Of a stretch of 64,000 bases of DNA, positions 36,034 to 45,419 are shown piece by piece (position 1 is the first letter of the stretch; each line of letters begins with the position of its first letter). The stretch is from the sequence record PQ657772.1; one strand, written 5' to 3'. A program made the position numbers and the translations under genes. The notes under the pieces are model-generated. The model saw only the letters and a list, made by a program, of their open reading frames with translations. It was not told where the DNA came from and searched no databases.

Positions 36034-36804
36034 TTAAATTTTCTCAAGGAACAAGTTTTCGCACTGCTCTTCCCAATCATACGGGTTGTTGTTGTATACT
36101 GCTGAAATCAACAGAGGCATACGCAGTGAAGGAGCACGAAGTGCATCTTCATGTTTCAGCATCCAATTCAGGATTGCTTTGCTACCATTACTATTAACAC
36201 CTTTAGTTGACAGGATGTTGGTCTTGTTCATTACGTTTTCAATGTGAATCATGATATCGCTTTTAGTCTGGATCTGTAAGTCAACATACACAGAGCGAGA
36301 CATAAGAGCAGCATAGTGAGCAGACATTTTGGTTTTAGCTTTAGCATTCAGTGCTAAATCTTTGTTAGTAATGAATACGATACGACCATTAAAATCAAAG
36401 CTGTTAGGGATACCGTTGGTAGTTAAGTACTTAGAGCTAGTCATGTAAGACACAGTACGTTTACCGCTGTCCAGTACTGCTTTGAGCAGGTTCATACCGT
36501 CTTCTGAATCAAAGATGCTGTCCATATCATCCAGTACTAATACGTTAGTGCTGTGACGATTCTTGTACAGAACTTCATACAGAGCAAGAGTAGTCATCTT
36601 ACCACTGATAGTGGCTACGTTCCATTCTGCTGCGTCATGAGCTTTCTGGAGGCGTTGTGACAGGGTGTAAGTCTTACCAACACCAGGTGCACCGCTGACA
36701 ACCATACTTTTTACAGTACTGCTATCATCGAGCAAACACTCAAGAGCAACCATCATGGAGTTGAAGTTTTTCTGGATTTGAATGCTACGGGCTTCTCTGG
36801 TCAT
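36034..36804 (-). CDS. AAA+ / P-loop ATPase
   Basis: Walker A GAPGVGKT, Walker B VLVLDDMD, sensor-like FITN. Confidence 0.85.
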   Translation of the reverse strand: MTREARSIQIQKNFNSMMVALECLLDDSSTVKSMVVSGAPGVGKTYTLSQRLQKAHDAAEWNVATISGKMTTLALYEVLYKNRHSTNVLVLDDMDSIFDSEDGMNLLKAVLDSGKRTVSYMTSSKYLTTNGIPNSFDFNGRIVFITNKDLALNAKAKTKMSAHYAALMSRSVYVDLQIQTKSDIMIHIENVMNKTNILSTKGVNSNGSKAILNWMLKHEDALRAPSLRMPLLISAVYNNNPYDWEEQCENLFLEKI

Positions 36805-36832
36805 TTCGTTATCCTCATCAGTTGATGAAATA

Positions 36833-36868
36833 ATTATAGCAAAAAGGGCTGACCGAAGTCAACCCTTT
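36833..36868 (-). promoter_or_regulatory. terminator/promoter hybrid
   Basis: GGGTTGAC-TTCG-GTCAGCCC-TTTTT hairpin holds -35 TTGACT; TATAAT 18 bp downstream. Confidence 0.8.
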
Positions 36869-36871
36869 CCT

Positions 36872-37387
36872 TTAATAATTATTCATTTCATCTTTGATTT
36901 GTTCTTCAATTTCGTCGAACATATCATTACTAGATTCGTCCTTACTACTTACGTTCTGCATATCTTTAACGTACTGTGGACATTCAACATCAGTAAACTT
37001 ATACCACGTAGGTTTCATCTGGAGCTTCTCAATCAAACGGTCACGAGACATTTTAATCTCTGACTCCGATGGTACGTAGTCATTACAAAACTCAGCCGGG
37101 AAGCCGCTAATGTCGTTTACTTCAGTGTTTTGAATCTTCATACCACGACGCAAACATTCGTTAACAATATCAATATGACGCTTCTGTAAGTACAATAACT
37201 TGTTGTAGAAGAATGTTACATGACCTGAACCTAACAGGTAAGTACTGTTAATTTTGAAATCACGGACTCGCTTACGTGCGTGAACATGTTTTTGTACAGC
37301 ACCAAACACACGTGGGAGTTCACGATATTCAGCCATCAGATGTTGGTCAGCAAGTTCTTTAACGTGTACTAAGTTAATGCGTGTCAT
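36872..37387 (-). CDS. denV: pyrimidine-dimer DNA glycosylase / endonuclease V
   Basis: [35 protein letters not shown]4 DenV-like; extra acidic tail. Confidence 0.95.
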   Translation of the reverse strand: MTRINLVHVKELADQHLMAEYRELPRVFGAVQKHVHARKRVRDFKINSTYLLGSGHVTFFYNKLLYLQKRHIDIVNECLRRGMKIQNTEVNDISGFPAEFCNDYVPSESEIKMSRDRLIEKLQMKPTWYKFTDVECPQYVKDMQNVSSKDESSNDMFDEIEEQIKDEMNNY

Positions 37388-37415
37388 GTATTCATCCTCT
37401 CGTTTCGATGAAATG

Positions 37416-37453
37416 ATTATAGCAAAAAGGGCTGACCGAAGTCAACCCTTTTT
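37416..37453 (-). promoter_or_regulatory. terminator/promoter hybrid
   Basis: same as 36833-36868. Confidence 0.8.
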
Positions 37454-37855
37454 TCTTTCAATCAAACATAGTCTACCAGAATGTACCATGCGATGGTGAT
37501 TAGAACAAAGAATCATACACTTTCGAATTTCATCTTTGATAGATTCTCGACTTTTACTGAACATAGAACTTGGTGTATGTTCTTTGGTATTAGGGTCAAG
37601 ATGGTGAAAGTCTAAACATTCTGGATACTTCATCATACAAACACTACAACCATAAAATGATTTAACTCTGGTCATGAAATCTTTATTTTTTCTTTTGATT
37701 TCTTCAAGTGTTTTTACATCAGTTTTTTTATTTCTGGTTCTCTTACTGGTAATATTACTACAACCTTTGCATGTATTTCTATGTTTCCCAGTATCACTTC
37801 TTATACCAAATTCACTAATGTCTTTTTCAATATTACACGTGATACACTTCTTCAT
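37442..37855 (-). CDS. HNH endonuclease with Zn-finger
   Basis: CxxC..CxxC; CSVC..LDFHHLDP..EIRKCMILCSNHHRMVH. Confidence 0.85.
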   Translation of the reverse strand: MKKCITCNIEKDISEFGIRSDTGKHRNTCKGCSNITSKRTRNKKTDVKTLEEIKRKNKDFMTRVKSFYGCSVCMMKYPECLDFHHLDPNTKEHTPSSMFSKSRESIKDEIRKCMILCSNHHRMVHSGRLCLIERKKG

Positions 37856-38139
37856 TGTTTAATCCATTTATTCAACAATGCACCCAACTTCACAATCTCA
37901 TACCCATCCAGATAGCCATAGGAACACTCAGGTGTTTCATAAGTTGAACCATCATGGATACCTTGGCATTGGCTTTTGGAACGTTCAAGCAATCGTTGCA
38001 GTACTGATACGTCATCAAGAACGTAATACAAGTTAGCATATGGGTCCGTCACAATACAGTACTTAAACATGCCAAATGTATCAATCGATTTTTCAACCTT
38101 AGCAAATTGTTTCTTTTCTTTATTATACAGTGCGTACAT
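37852..38139 (-). CDS. hypothetical protein (resembles 40001-40258)
   Basis: start moved to MYALYN (GGAG RBS). Confidence 0.75.
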   Translation of the reverse strand: MYALYNKEKKQFAKVEKSIDTFGMFKYCIVTDPYANLYYVLDDVSVLQRLLERSKSQCQGIHDGSTYETPECSYGYLDGYEIVKLGALLNKWIKQ

Positions 38140-38140
38140 A

Positions 38141-38512
38141 TTAATCTCCATAATCAAGTTTAACTAACTTACCACCCAGATACCCAAAGTTTTCTGGCTT
38201 CGCATCTGAATAGAAGAAGTCAGTACTCAACTCTGAATCCAATGCTAAAGCACACAACTCCACCCAAAATAAACCCCTATGTTGTACTGGCTTACAACGT
38301 TTCTGTACAGTTACTAGTCCAGTACATGATGACCACAACGTAGGGCAGATACCACTATTACTACGCTTGGAGTACTGCATCCACGAACGTTCATTGAGGT
38401 TAGCTATCATCCCTGTTAAGAATAGCTTCCAACTTTTAAAGGTTGGAATCTTGATAGCATATTCCCCAATGAGTATGACAGTTCGTGTTGCACCTTTCAA
38501 ATCTATATTCAT
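38141..38512 (-). CDS. minimal protein-kinase-like protein
   Basis: KGATRTV..YAIKIP (beta3 Lys), NLNER, SDAKPENFG (catalytic loop), KLDYG (DFG-like). Confidence 0.7.
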   Translation of the reverse strand: MNIDLKGATRTVILIGEYAIKIPTFKSWKLFLTGMIANLNERSWMQYSKRSNSGICPTLWSSCTGLVTVQKRCKPVQHRGLFWVELCALALDSELSTDFFYSDAKPENFGYLGGKLVKLDYGD

Positions 38513-38521
38513 ATTTTTTAA

Positions 38522-38773
38522 TTAGAAGAACACAAACCAAGTCCAGAATAAATTCCACACTACAAATAAAAACATAGTGGTTTTATGTAAAATATCAGCA
38601 GTACTGGTCCATCCTCCACCGTGTCCTATTCCATTTATGAATAGAACTAAGAACAAGATACCATTTACTACAATAGTACATAGTAAGTACACAAACACAT
38701 TCCATGCAAGTTCAGGGGATACTAACGTAAATGGTAAAACAATTAGTAGTATTAGAACTAATAAAATTTTCAT
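38522..38773 (-). CDS. small membrane protein
   Basis: hydrophobic; GAGG RBS. Confidence 0.75.
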   Translation of the reverse strand: MKILLVLILLIVLPFTLVSPELAWNVFVYLLCTIVVNGILFLVLFINGIGHGGGWTSTADILHKTTMFLFVVWNLFWTWFVFF

Positions 38774-38801
38774 TTATCGCCTCACTTAATTAACGTGACA
38801 A

Positions 38802-38978
38802 TTAGTACGAATCAGATTCCCAGTACTCGATTGCTTCTTTCAGCAATTCTTTAGCACGTTGTTTTGCAATGCGAGCGGGTAACAGATATGTGTACATTAA
38901 CTGACGCTTCACTTCATTCAGTGAAAGCTGTTCATGGTACAGTGCATCCATCAGTCGATTACGAGTACGTAGTTTCAT
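38802..38978 (-). CDS. hypothetical protein (58 aa)
   Basis: hand-translated MKLRTRNRL...YWESDSY; AAGGA RBS. Confidence 0.7.
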   Translation of the reverse strand: MKLRTRNRLMDALYHEQLSLNEVKRQLMYTYLLPARIAKQRAKELLKEAIEYWESDSY

Positions 38979-38989
38979 ATAAGTTATCC

Positions 38990-39544
38990 TTATTTCAAAG
39001 AATCATAGTAAGCAGTGTCAAAGATTGGAGTCATAATAACATAGTCAATACGGTCAATGTAAGTTGAACTCCACATTTCTGGTTTGTCATAAAATTGACG
39101 CTCGCGTTCATTCATACGAGTCAGTACTTCTTCCAATTTACTACGTGAAGCCATCAATGTATTACGCGATCCATAAGTGAAGTACTCAGTCCATTGATAT
39201 TCATATTCAGTACTGATAGATTGAATAGTACCATCTTTGAAATGAGCTAAGGCATATCCTTTCTCTACAAAGTTATCAGGTGGAAGAACACTATCTGGAT
39301 TAGTTTTCAATGCTTTGGTTAACTTTTCTTTAATTTCAGTTAACGTGCATACTGAACGAATGTTCTTCAGGTTTGATACTTGAAAATCACTGTACTTTCC
39401 AAAGAAAAATACACGCCAATCTTTAGGTTCATTATCAGATACGGTAATATTCGGATGATGGGCGAGTAAACGAAGAAGGCCAGCTTTGTGACCGTTAATG
39501 TAGATCTCATGGATGTGGTTAGCAGTTTTCTTAAAAGTAATCAT
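38990..39544 (-). CDS. hypothetical protein
   Basis: GAGGA RBS; promoter plus 5' hairpin cassette at 39562-39619. Confidence 0.8.
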   Translation of the reverse strand: MITFKKTANHIHEIYINGHKAGLLRLLAHHPNITVSDNEPKDWRVFFFGKYSDFQVSNLKNIRSVCTLTEIKEKLTKALKTNPDSVLPPDNFVEKGYALAHFKDGTIQSISTEYEYQWTEYFTYGSRNTLMASRSKLEEVLTRMNERERQFYDKPEMWSSTYIDRIDYVIMTPIFDTAYYDSLK

Positions 39545-39620
39545 GACAATTCCTCGATTGTGGGGATGAGAAGTTCATCCCCTTGATAAACATTATACAG
39601 TACTGAATGAGTTTGTCAAC

Positions 39621-40001
39621 TCAAAATAAATTCATTTCATGTGCGTATTGTGGTTCAAGATGCGATAAGTTTTTGAAGCTTTCTTTCAACTCAGCATCAT
39701 CTACATACACCGTACCTGGTACATTCCCCATAGTGAAACCTACCCACACAGTCATGTCACCAGTCCCTAAGCGTGGCATTGATAGCGAACCATCAGGTGA
39801 AACATCAAACGCTACACTGAAGTCATCAGTAACAACGTCAGAACCATTTTCGAGAATAATACATCCACTATCTTTAAGCTTCTGAATGTGGATAGCAGCC
39901 TCTACAGCACGTTTGAAGTTATAGTAAGACTCTTTATCCTCAAACATTGATTGTTTAATCAGACGCTTGTTTAGCTCGGTTACTTTGTGCATTTGACGCA
40001 T
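39621..40001 (-). CDS. hypothetical protein
   Basis: ORF coupled to the upstream gene. Confidence 0.75.
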   Translation of the reverse strand: MRQMHKVTELNKRLIKQSMFEDKESYYNFKRAVEAAIHIQKLKDSGCIILENGSDVVTDDFSVAFDVSPDGSLSMPRLGTGDMTVWVGFTMGNVPGTVYVDDAELKESFKNLSHLEPQYAHEMNLF

Positions 40002-40258
40002 TACTTATCCATCTCCCACAGTTGTAGAATTTCATAAGAGCCTGGTGGTGCTGGATTCCTGATCTCAGGGAATTGAGTACTTTTAGGATTTCCACCAGCA
40101 TTAAATTCGTCAAGTAATGATTCCAGTTCGCGACGATCCTGAACAACATAAACACAATCACCTGAACCTTCTTCGAGAATCATTTCACTTCCTGCACAAT
40201 CCCATACTGTTGAGATACATAGAATCTCTTTTGTATTTTTATTACGCAATGCAAACAT
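40001..40258 (-). CDS. hypothetical protein
   Basis: GGGGG RBS. Confidence 0.75.
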   Translation of the reverse strand: MFALRNKNTKEILCISTVWDCAGSEMILEEGSGDCVYVVQDRRELESLLDEFNAGGNPKSTQFPEIRNPAPPGSYEILQLWEMDK

Positions 40259-40266
40259 AGCACCCC

Positions 40267-40635
40267 CTATCGATTTGGCATTTTATCTCGTAATCTAATG
40301 AGATAATCAACCACAGACCATGTTGAAATGAAAGTGATATAAGTACCGAAGAATCCTACCAGAATAAAGGCAACAAGTGTACTCCCATTTGGATCTTCAG
40401 CTTTAATACCGATGATACCATCAAATACAGTGAAAAATGTAGACATACACGTTAAACAGATGTACATCACCAATAAGAATTCATGTTCCAATGATGGATA
40501 TAAACGGTCAAAGAGTTTATAAAATTTAAAGTACAGTAGGAGTATACCAACAAAGGTATAGAAAGTAAACAGTGTTGTTATGATATATGAGATTAAATTT
40601 AAATTATACATCTCAACGCTCCGGTAGATTATCAC
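40267..40635 (-). CDS. 3-TM membrane protein paralog
   Basis: LYFKF..LFDRLYP; LRDKMP tail. Confidence 0.8.
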   Translation of the reverse strand: MIIYRSVEMYNLNLISYIITTLFTFYTFVGILLLYFKFYKLFDRLYPSLEHEFLLVMYICLTCMSTFFTVFDGIIGIKAEDPNGSTLVAFILVGFFGTYITFISTWSVVDYLIRLRDKMPNR

Positions 40636-40960
40636 GTAAGGTTTTAATTCGATTATACAATTTCATTGCTACATTCCCAAATAAACCAGAACCCATTACT
40701 AAAATGTATGCGATGATCATAGTAATAATCACAATAGTACCTAGACTGTAATGTACTGCACTAATACCCATTATTGTTTCTACAATGATGTGAGCAACAG
40801 AAATAATCAAAAGTACTACTACAATTGGATGATTTGGATACATTCGGTTAAACAATGTTTTGTACTTAAAGAAGTACAGTACTCCACCAAATAAGAAGTA
40901 CACAATGTAGATTGATGCAACGGCATAAGCAAACGCATTAGTGTAAAAAATCATTATCAA
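40613..40960 (-). CDS. 3-TM membrane protein paralog
   Basis: YFFKYKTLFNRMYP; LRDNLP tail. Confidence 0.8.
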   Translation of the reverse strand: MIMIFYTNAFAYAVASIYIVYFLFGGVLYFFKYKTLFNRMYPNHPIVVVLLIISVAHIIVETIMGISAVHYSLGTIVIITMIIAYILVMGSGLFGNVAMKLYNRIKTLRDNLPER

Positions 40961-40963
40961 TCC

Positions 40964-41302
40964 TTACTTTTCAGGGATTTTATTACGCCACTCATCGATG
41001 CGATGAAGCAGTTTAAAGAGCAAAAATATCGGAACAGTAGCTATCATAGTAGCAATTGTTAGTAATGTCAACACCGATACGAGATTTAATTCGTCAGTAC
41101 TATATCCACATACCAGTGCTTCAATTATCCCCCACGTACATGCACTGAACATCAAAAATGAAATTGGTGCATCGTAGTATATGCGTTGATACAAGGTCGT
41201 GTATCGGAAGAATGCAATAATGTAACAAAACATGTAATACACCCAAATTAACGATACTACATAAAATGATACCTTATTAATTAATTCAAAATGATGTTCC
41301 AT
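40964..41302 (-). CDS. 3-TM membrane protein paralog
   Basis: AFFRYTTLYQRIY; WRNKIPE tail. Confidence 0.8.
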   Translation of the reverse strand: MEHHFELINKVSFYVVSLIWVYYMFCYIIAFFRYTTLYQRIYYDAPISFLMFSACTWGIIEALVCGYSTDELNLVSVLTLLTIATMIATVPIFLLFKLLHRIDEWRNKIPEK

Positions 41303-41311
41303 TTTTACCCC

Positions 41312-41587
41312 CTACATATATTCTAAGAATAATGTATTAGCTTCGTCTATGTTCTTAAGATAATACATGTAATACAGATTTGGTTGTCCGTCTTTTGAAC
41401 TCAAATCAAAGTACTTTAAACTATGCACCTTCATGACAAAAACAAATAATGACTTAAAACCAATCTCACCGTACTTAATAAACAGTTCATCTAAATGAAT
41501 GTAACTCTTAGTTTCAGATAATTCCTTCACATCAGCTTCAATTTCTTGTAAGCGAAGTTTACCGATTAAGTTTTCAAATGAACGCAT
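41312..41587 (-). CDS. hypothetical protein
   Basis: start moved to MRSF (AAGGA RBS). Confidence 0.7.
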   Translation of the reverse strand: MRSFENLIGKLRLQEIEADVKELSETKSYIHLDELFIKYGEIGFKSLFVFVMKVHSLKYFDLSSKDGQPNLYYMYYLKNIDEANTLFLEYM

Positions 41588-41598
41588 GATGTTGTTCC

Positions 41599-42012
41599 TT
41601 ATGCTGGTACACAATTTTTTATAATGAATACACGTTTCATGAATGAACTTTCATATACGTACTTCAGTTTACCATTTTCACGCATACGATGAAACACATC
41701 TTTACCGCTAGTACTCCATGTTGAACCAGTCTCTGCATCAACATTGTTCATTACACCAGATGTTACATTCACCCCGTACTTGAAGCTAAAGGTACTACCT
41801 TCTTCCACTAGAGGGATTGGTGTACTACGTTCATGTTCCAGTACAAGTTTACTGCCGATGATGTTGTACGAAGTTAGCTTGCATTTTAAAACACCCATCT
41901 CTTGTGCAGTTGGGTAATTCTTCTCAAATAAATCAGATACTTCATTTGCATAACAAACTGAACTAATCATAAGAAGTAATGAACTGATAGAACGGAAAAT
42001 AACTTTTAACAT
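41599..42012 (-). CDS. exported two-Cys protein
   Basis: signal peptide ending VCYA; LKC...KNC; GGAGG RBS. Confidence 0.8.
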   Translation of the reverse strand: MLKVIFRSISSLLLMISSVCYANEVSDLFEKNYPTAQEMGVLKCKLTSYNIIGSKLVLEHERSTPIPLVEEGSTFSFKYGVNVTSGVMNNVDAETGSTWSTSGKDVFHRMRENGKLKYVYESSFMKRVFIIKNCVPA

Positions 42013-42038
42013 GTTTGCCTCCAGTAGTTGATGAAATG

Positions 42039-42075
42039 ATTATAGCAAAAAGGGCCGACCGAAGTCAACCCTTTT
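42039..42075 (-). promoter_or_regulatory. terminator/promoter hybrid
   Basis: TTGACT in TTCG hairpin; TATAAT at 18 bp. Confidence 0.8.
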
Positions 42076-42078
42076 CTT

Positions 42079-42453
42079 TTATATTTTACATGTCATGTCT
42101 GGTTTTGGCTTTTCATTCTTTGGCTTTTCAAATGGATTTGGCTTAGGGGACTTTTTATCTTTGTCATCTTTAGCTTTCTTTTTGTTTTCTTTTTTATCCG
42201 ATTTGTCAGCTTTGTCTTTCTTATCTTTTGAATCTTTGTCAGCTTTAGATTGTGGTTCCTCACATACAGCAGTTTTTGGCTCCGGCATATCACATGAGTT
42301 ATCCACTGGTTTAATGAACTCTTTACAGTTGTAGAAGTATAAACTTTCATTAGTAGTAAGATTGTGGAATCTAAAGGTATTTTCACCATTAGTATATACT
42401 TTCTTAGTACTCTCAATATCATTACACATTGCAACCGTGTCACCGGAATTCAC
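42079..42453 (-). CDS. Lys/Asp-rich protein; possibly the 3' half of a frameshifted gene with 42440-42691
   Basis: GTG start with weak RBS; YFYNC motif then KDK low-complexity tail. Confidence 0.55.
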   Translation of the reverse strand: MNSGDTVAMCNDIESTKKVYTNGENTFRFHNLTTNESLYFYNCKEFIKPVDNSCDMPEPKTAVCEEPQSKADKDSKDKKDKADKSDKKENKKKAKDDKDKKSPKPNPFEKPKNEKPKPDMTCKI

Positions 42454-42691
42454 GCTCGATACCTATTACATCCGACTTACGTTCAGATAGTATTCCAGAC
42501 GTATATCGATCTTTGTTATCAAATGCATTGAACCCTATAGTTTTATTATTGTCATGTACCAATCCTCTAGTGTAAGACTTGGTATAGAACTCACCGTTTC
42601 TAAACTCCTGTCTAGCAATGGAGCACTGGTATTCAGTACTATAAACTATATCAGTAAACAATACAAGTGAAAATAAAACATATTTAAACAT
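42440..42691 (-). CDS. exported protein (possibly the 5' half of a frameshifted gene)
   Basis: signal peptide; YQC and YTSG like 41599-42012; GAGG RBS. Confidence 0.65.
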   Translation of the reverse strand: MFKYVLFSLVLFTDIVYSTEYQCSIARQEFRNGEFYTKSYTRGLVHDNNKTIGFNAFDNKDRYTSGILSERKSDVIGIEREFR

Positions 42692-42730
42692 TGCATTACC
42701 TCTTATAAAACCCTCTACAATATTTACAAA

Positions 42731-42756
42731 AAAAGGTTGACCGAAGTCAACCTTTT
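42731..42756. terminator. TTCG-loop terminator
   Basis: AAAAGGTTGAC-CGAA-GTCAACCTTTT. Confidence 0.85.
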
Positions 42757-42762
42757 AAATGT

Positions 42763-44256
42763 TTATTTTTTATCCTTTCCAACACCACGGTCGTACTCTT
42801 TGAATGAGTTATCAAGTGTAGTTAGTGCATACTCATATGCTTCTGGTGATTCAATGTCAACATCATCTGCACCATTTACTAAATCAGCCCAAGCCTTTTG
42901 AAGTTTACGAGCATTGTTACCAACATTATCTTTAATCCAACTAATATTTTTGTTGATACTTTTACTATCAGCACCTGCTTTTTTACCAATCTCGGATATC
43001 CACATCATTAACTTTTGAAGTTCATGAATTGATTTATCAGTCATTTCAAGATGTTCTTCTTCCATACCGTCAGAATCAGATGAACCAACGTCAATTCCAT
43101 GTTTAGCTAATAGTTTACCAAGTTCAAAGAATGCAGCTTCAGCAGGGAAGTCATAACCTTTGTCTTTATAGTTATTCCATGCACTATCAAACTCGTCAAC
43201 AAAACGGTTAGCATAATCTGGATTTTTAACTAATGCTTTATATACTGCCATTGCATGTTCAAAACCTTCTTTATCTGACCCAAACTCTTCCATCTCAGGA
43301 CGATGAATGTATCCATCCATATCAACGGTATCAGGTAGATCTTCTTGCTCAGGCTCAACATCTTTCTGTTCAACTGCACCTTCTTCATCTTTACGTAGTA
43401 GATATCCATCAGGTGTCACTTTCTCACCATGTTCTGCTTCATACTTTTTCATAGTGTTGAATGCAGCATCCATAGCTGTTACGAAGCGACTTTTCTCACC
43501 TTGTACATAAGATTTAAGTGCACTGTTAACTGCATCTGATACGAGCTTAACCTTATCATCTTTACCTTCTAAACGGTTTTCAAGTTTAGCCAGTACATTC
43601 TTGACTTGCTGGGCATTAGCACGGTCTGCTTTACCAATACTATCAAAAGTTTTAAGAATACCATCAAGACTTGCTTCACCCTGTTCAGGTTCTTTGTAAT
43701 CTTCTTTGTGTGTACCTTCAAGTGCACGCATGATAGTACTGAATACTTCAGTGGGTTCAGTGCTCTTATTACCTTTCATTGCATCAAGTACAGCTTGTGC
43801 TTTACCTTTGAGTTCTTCTTTAGGAACTGCCTGTAGTGCTTTGACAATACCCTGAATCAACTGTGGTTTGTTAGCAAAGATCTTACCTAAGTTATCAGAT
43901 AACTCTTTAACAGGGTTAGCAGCTTTAGGTGCTTCTGCTTTTGGTTCTTCTTTAGGAACTGCTTGTTCTTTCTCAGCACGTTCCATATCAGCAAGGCGTT
44001 GTTTCTGTGTTGCGTTAAGAAGACCTAATGAGTTAACATAACGTAGCTTTTCTAGCTCAGTCATGTTCTCAGTACTCTTAACTTCACCTGCTTCTGCGTT
44101 TGCCTTACCAGCTAAACCTGTCCCTTGATTACGTGAACCACGTGAACCTTGTCCTGCTTGATAACTATTTTTGCGACGATTTCGGTCGGCCCATTTATCC
44201 GAGTGTTGTACTAGTCCACCATTACGATGTTTCATATCCCCATTATCTTGTGGCAT
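42763..44256 (-). CDS. 497-aa charged helical protein (possible internal virion protein)
   Basis: GAGGA RBS; K/E/D-rich; N-half homologous to 45621-46004. Confidence 0.8.
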   Translation of the reverse strand: MPQDNGDMKHRNGGLVQHSDKWADRNRRKNSYQAGQGSRGSRNQGTGLAGKANAEAGEVKSTENMTELEKLRYVNSLGLLNATQKQRLADMERAEKEQAVPKEEPKAEAPKAANPVKELSDNLGKIFANKPQLIQGIVKALQAVPKEELKGKAQAVLDAMKGNKSTEPTEVFSTIMRALEGTHKEDYKEPEQGEASLDGILKTFDSIGKADRANAQQVKNVLAKLENRLEGKDDKVKLVSDAVNSALKSYVQGEKSRFVTAMDAAFNTMKKYEAEHGEKVTPDGYLLRKDEEGAVEQKDVEPEQEDLPDTVDMDGYIHRPEMEEFGSDKEGFEHAMAVYKALVKNPDYANRFVDEFDSAWNNYKDKGYDFPAEAAFFELGKLLAKHGIDVGSSDSDGMEEEHLEMTDKSIHELQKLMMWISEIGKKAGADSKSINKNISWIKDNVGNNARKLQKAWADLVNGADDVDIESPEAYEYALTTLDNSFKEYDRGVGKDKK

Positions 44257-44260
44257 ATTT

Positions 44261-44788
44261 TTAATCCTCTATCCATGTTTGATTGTATAAAATACGACGT
44301 ATTGTTTTTTTACATACACGGTATTTATTACAATTTTCTCGTGCATATTCTATCACATCATTATAATTATCATTATAATCTTTTCTTATTTCTCTTACAA
44401 TTTCCCATGTCAACACAGCAGCACCACGATTAGTTGTTGCGTTACCATGTGAATAAGAATATAGTACGTTTTCAGATGCTGTGTTCCATTCCAAATTCAA
44501 ATAGTGATTGTTACTTCTATTACAATCTTTATGGTTTATGTGAACAACTTTTTTCTTTGTTCTACTTGCCCACTGTAACTGTTTCTGTGTGGGTGGTGGT
44601 AAAAATGCTTCAGCTACTAGTCGATGAATCGCCTTTCTATTTTTCACAGAATTGCGATACAAATCGACCTTCACATACCCATCTTTATTTTTAAATCCAC
44701 AACTTATATATCCAGTTTGTTCGTTTCTTACTCTTCCATGATCAGAAATTGAATAGTCATAATCAGGAATTAATTTCCAACGTTCCAT
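44261..44788 (-). CDS. NUMOD4-HNH homing endonuclease
   Basis: ERWKLIP..YSISDHGRVR; IHRLVAEAF; INHKDCNRSNNHYLNLEW. Confidence 0.9.
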   Translation of the reverse strand: MERWKLIPDYDYSISDHGRVRNEQTGYISCGFKNKDGYVKVDLYRNSVKNRKAIHRLVAEAFLPPPTQKQLQWASRTKKKVVHINHKDCNRSNNHYLNLEWNTASENVLYSYSHGNATTNRGAAVLTWEIVREIRKDYNDNYNDVIEYARENCNKYRVCKKTIRRILYNQTWIED

Positions 44789-44801
44789 GTTTATTTCTTC
44801 C

Positions 44802-44833
44802 ATTATATATAAAGGTTGACCGAAGTCAACCCT
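44802..44833 (-). promoter_or_regulatory. terminator/promoter hybrid
   Basis: TTGACT in TTCG hairpin; TATAAT at 16 bp. Confidence 0.7.
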
Positions 44834-44853
44834 ATTTTCACTGTACTATACTA

Positions 44854-45150
44854 TTAATAGTTACAGTCAGCTTTCGCTGTGAATGTTTTACTTTCTCCGC
44901 GTTGTGTGGTGATTCGTCCGAGTAAAGTAGTTTTGTCAATAGTCATTGTAGTTAGTACTGGAACATTACCTTCAAAGTCAATAGCTTTGAAATTGTAGGT
45001 GGTTTCATTCTCCACTACACTTGGACCAAAGAGTTCATATGTGTTGATTTCAAGTGTGTCACCATCTGAACGCAACAGTGTGCAGTCCAGATTAGGAGTA
45101 GCCAGTACTGGGAAAGCCAAAAACATCATCATTACAATAATTAATTTCAT
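44854..45150 (-). CDS. exported two-Cys protein (own AGGAG RBS inside ORF 44854-45411)
   Basis: MKLIIVMMMFLAFPVLA leader; LDC...ADC. Confidence 0.7.
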   Translation of the reverse strand: MKLIIVMMMFLAFPVLATPNLDCTLLRSDGDTLEINTYELFGPSVVENETTYNFKAIDFEGNVPVLTTMTIDKTTLLGRITTQRGESKTFTAKADCNY

Positions 45151-45411
45151 TTCACTTCTCCTGTTTTTTTTCTTAGGATCAACCAATGACCAAATGAAGA
45201 ATCCGAGAATTACAAGTACCCACAGAATCATGATAAAGAAAGCGAACAGTACAATAGTGTTTGTCAAAAAGAAATACAATAGAATGTTCGACCCAATACT
45301 ACATACAATCAATGCAGCTTCATGTTTAACAACACGAATGGCTGTAATGAGTGCGGGAAGAAATCCGACAAATAACAGTACTAACGCATATAGTGATAAT
45401 GTTTCAGCCAT
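44854..45411 (-). CDS. T4 Imm-like membrane protein reading in-frame into the next gene
   Basis: FLPALITAIR..IWSL pattern; an A8 run at 45164-45171 creates the fusion. Confidence 0.6.
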   Translation of the reverse strand: MAETLSLYALVLLFVGFLPALITAIRVVKHEAALIVCSIGSNILLYFFLTNTIVLFAFFIMILWVLVILGFFIWSLVDPKKKNRRSEMKLIIVMMMFLAFPVLATPNLDCTLLRSDGDTLEINTYELFGPSVVENETTYNFKAIDFEGNVPVLTTMTIDKTTLLGRITTQRGESKTFTAKADCNY

Positions 45412-45419
45412 GATATCCC

